Shown in pieces: positions 17,444-18,604 of a stretch of DNA of 18,604 bases. Both the position numbers and the translations under genes were made by a program. The DNA comes from Pseudobacteriovorax sp. GTDB taxonomy: Bacteria; Bdellovibrionota_B; Oligoflexia; Oligoflexales; Oligoflexaceae. Each line of letters begins with the position of its first letter. Position 1 is the first letter of the stretch. The notes below the pieces were generated by a model. It was not told the origin of the DNA, ran no database searches, and worked only from the letters and a program-made list of their open reading frames with translations. Location: assembly GCA_050293845.1 (NCBI GenBank), contig JBNKNM010000104.1, positions 1-18,604 of the forward strand. The letters run 5' to 3'.

Positions 17444-17494
17444 TCATTGATTGAGTTTATATTTCTTTGCATGCCAAAAACTATTATAGATCAT
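17444..17494 (-). CDS. Candidate small ORF MIYNSFWHAKKYKLNQ (16 aa; 17 aa if ATG 17497 is used); possible precursor or leader peptide
   Basis: The minus strand reads GAAGGT-AGATG-ATG ATC TAT AAT AGT TTT TGG CAT GCA AAG AAA TAT AAA CTC AAT CAA TGA. The RBS and 5-nt spacing are identical to those of KS1. It lies between the sigma54 promoter and the KS1 RBS. Confidence 0.45.
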   Translation of the reverse strand: MIYNSFWHAKKYKLNQ

Positions 17495-17527
17495 CATCTA
17501 CCTTCTTTGTTTTTGCATCGTTACTAA

Positions 17528-17543
17528 AGCAAAGACTGTGCCG
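17528..17543 (-). promoter_or_regulatory. Sigma54 (RpoN) -24/-12 promoter
   Basis: Minus strand CGGCACAGTCTTTGCT gives GG-N10-GC, close to the consensus TGGCAC-N5-TTGCW. It points into the operon, with a predicted +1 near 17517. Confidence 0.8.
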
Positions 17544-17925
17544 ATAGCTTTGGTCATTGTTAGAAAAGTGATTTAGTGCTGATTTTATTGCATAAAATTG
17601 ATTTTTAAAATTTGGGATCAGAAAGTATCAAACAATCGACAAATTAAAAGTGCTAAAAATTAGGAACTTTATTCTAGAATTCATCACCAGGTAGATTGAC
17701 ATATTACATTTTCTTCAACTGCAATTCGCAGCAGGATATAAAAAGCAGATAGAATTGTATTTTTTGCCTCAATTTAACAGCAAATATTCTTTAGCTATTC
17801 TTAAATATGGCTGTAAAATATGGTTTTGTATGTTCATAGTTAAAGGAAATAGCATAGGTTCGAATGATTCACTTTTTTTATGAATTCTTCAATTTTTTTA
17901 CTAAGCTAAAATGTTGGCTCGGAGG

Positions 17926-18603
17926 TTAAATATGGTATTTTTTACGTCTAGAATCGAGTGTTGATCGGCTTATATCGAGTTTTGCTAGGGCTTCCGTAAT
18001 ATTCGATGTAGATTCTATAGTCTTTTCTAGAATCATTTTATCGAGGGTAGATATCGCTTCACTATACTTTAACACTCCAGATAAAACTTTTTTAACGATC
18101 TTTTCGAAGTCTTTTGTATCCGCAGTATTAAGTCCTGGTTCTCTCATAAGATTAAAGTCAGGAAGAAACTTGGAGCTATAAGGTTCTTCAGCTAAATCAG
18201 CTTCCATGATTAATACCTTGAATGCCTGAAAGAGCATTCTAATATTTCCCTGCCAGTAGTAACCTTTGCAAGCATTAGCAAGCTCTTCAATCTGGTCTTT
18301 ACTAAGTTTCTTTCCCTTTCTTGCAAAGAAGATCTCAATAAAATCGGAAATATCTTCCTTTCTTTCTCTCAAAGGAGGCAACTTAATAAAACTCCCCATT
18401 ATACGTGAAGCTAAGTCAAGTAGAATTTTGCCTTCAGATACCGCGTCTCCGAGAGGTATTGTCATAGCTGCAATAAGATGAAAACTTGAATACTGAACAT
18501 CAGTAGAACCTACTCTTTGGTAGCTTCCATCATTTAATACTCGAAGTAGATCTTGTTGACACTCTTTTGGTAAGTAGTGGATTTCATCGAGAAACAAAAT
18601 ACC
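17926..18603 (-). CDS. Sigma54-dependent transcriptional activator (bEBP; AAA+ C-terminal half plus Fis-type HTH), 5'-truncated by window
   Basis: Walker B ILFLDEI, QQDLLRVL, YQRVG, LPPLRERKEDI, WQGNIRML and HTH NITEALAKLDISRSTL. Confidence 0.9.
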   Translation of the reverse strand, partial: GILFLDEIHYLPKECQQDLLRVLNDGSYQRVGSTDVQYSSFHLIAAMTIPLGDAVSEGKILLDLASRIMGSFIKLPPLRERKEDISDFIEIFFARKGKKLSKDQIEELANACKGYYWQGNIRMLFQAFKVLIMEADLAEEPYSSKFLPDFNLMREPGLNTADTKDFEKIVKKVLSGVLKYSEAISTLDKMILEKTIESTSNITEALAKLDISRSTLDSRRKKYHI

Positions 18604-18604
18604 C

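Noticed and set aside
17461..17476. Second TGGCA element on the minus strand (TGGCATGCAAAGAAAT) as a sigma54 promoter
   Set aside because: It has no GC at the -12 position (GG-N10-AA), and it lies inside the candidate small ORF.
17498..17518. Six-codon ORF MQKQRR on the minus strand
   Set aside because: Its ATG straddles the predicted +1 and has no RBS. A leaderless start cannot be excluded but is unsupported.
1710..18481. Short plus-strand ORFs (e.g. 1710-1919, 2580-2768, 7011-7328, 10486-10719, 16840-17046, 18266-18481) and nested minus-strand ORFs 3244-3489 and 3414-3647
   Set aside because: These are antisense or alternate-frame shadows of well-supported genes with no independent evidence.
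1..18604. CRISPR arrays, tRNA/rRNA genes, long tandem repeats
   Set aside because: None seen. The window is almost entirely coding, and the two non-coding stretches show no repeat-spacer or cloverleaf pattern by eye.

Overview
AT-rich bacterial window. Most of it is one apparently translationally coupled, minus-strand operon of 17 genes (17429->533). Upstream are a GG-N10-GC sigma54 promoter (17528-17543) and a sigma54-type enhancer-binding protein gene cut by the window edge. Downstream is the 3' end of a convergent IS3/IS481-type transposase. The operon looks like an NRPS/PKS-independent, carrier-protein-based biosynthetic gene cluster. It encodes four FabH/KAS III-fold proteins (two with the catalytic Cys, two without), a GNAT, an ATP-grasp ligase, an ACP and a short pentapeptide-repeat protein. 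It also encodes two acyl-CoA dehydrogenase-like subunits with complementary motifs, an adenylating enzyme and a fold-III PLP decarboxylase. Export genes are a MATE pump and an ABC / LolA-like / outer-membrane-barrel module in which the permease is fused to the LolA-like domain. An unannotated 16-codon ORF (MIYNSFWHAKKYKLNQ, 17444-17494) with its own RBS fills the predicted 5' leader and is a candidate precursor or leader peptide. All family assignments come from motifs read by eye; no database searches were run and the product is unknown.
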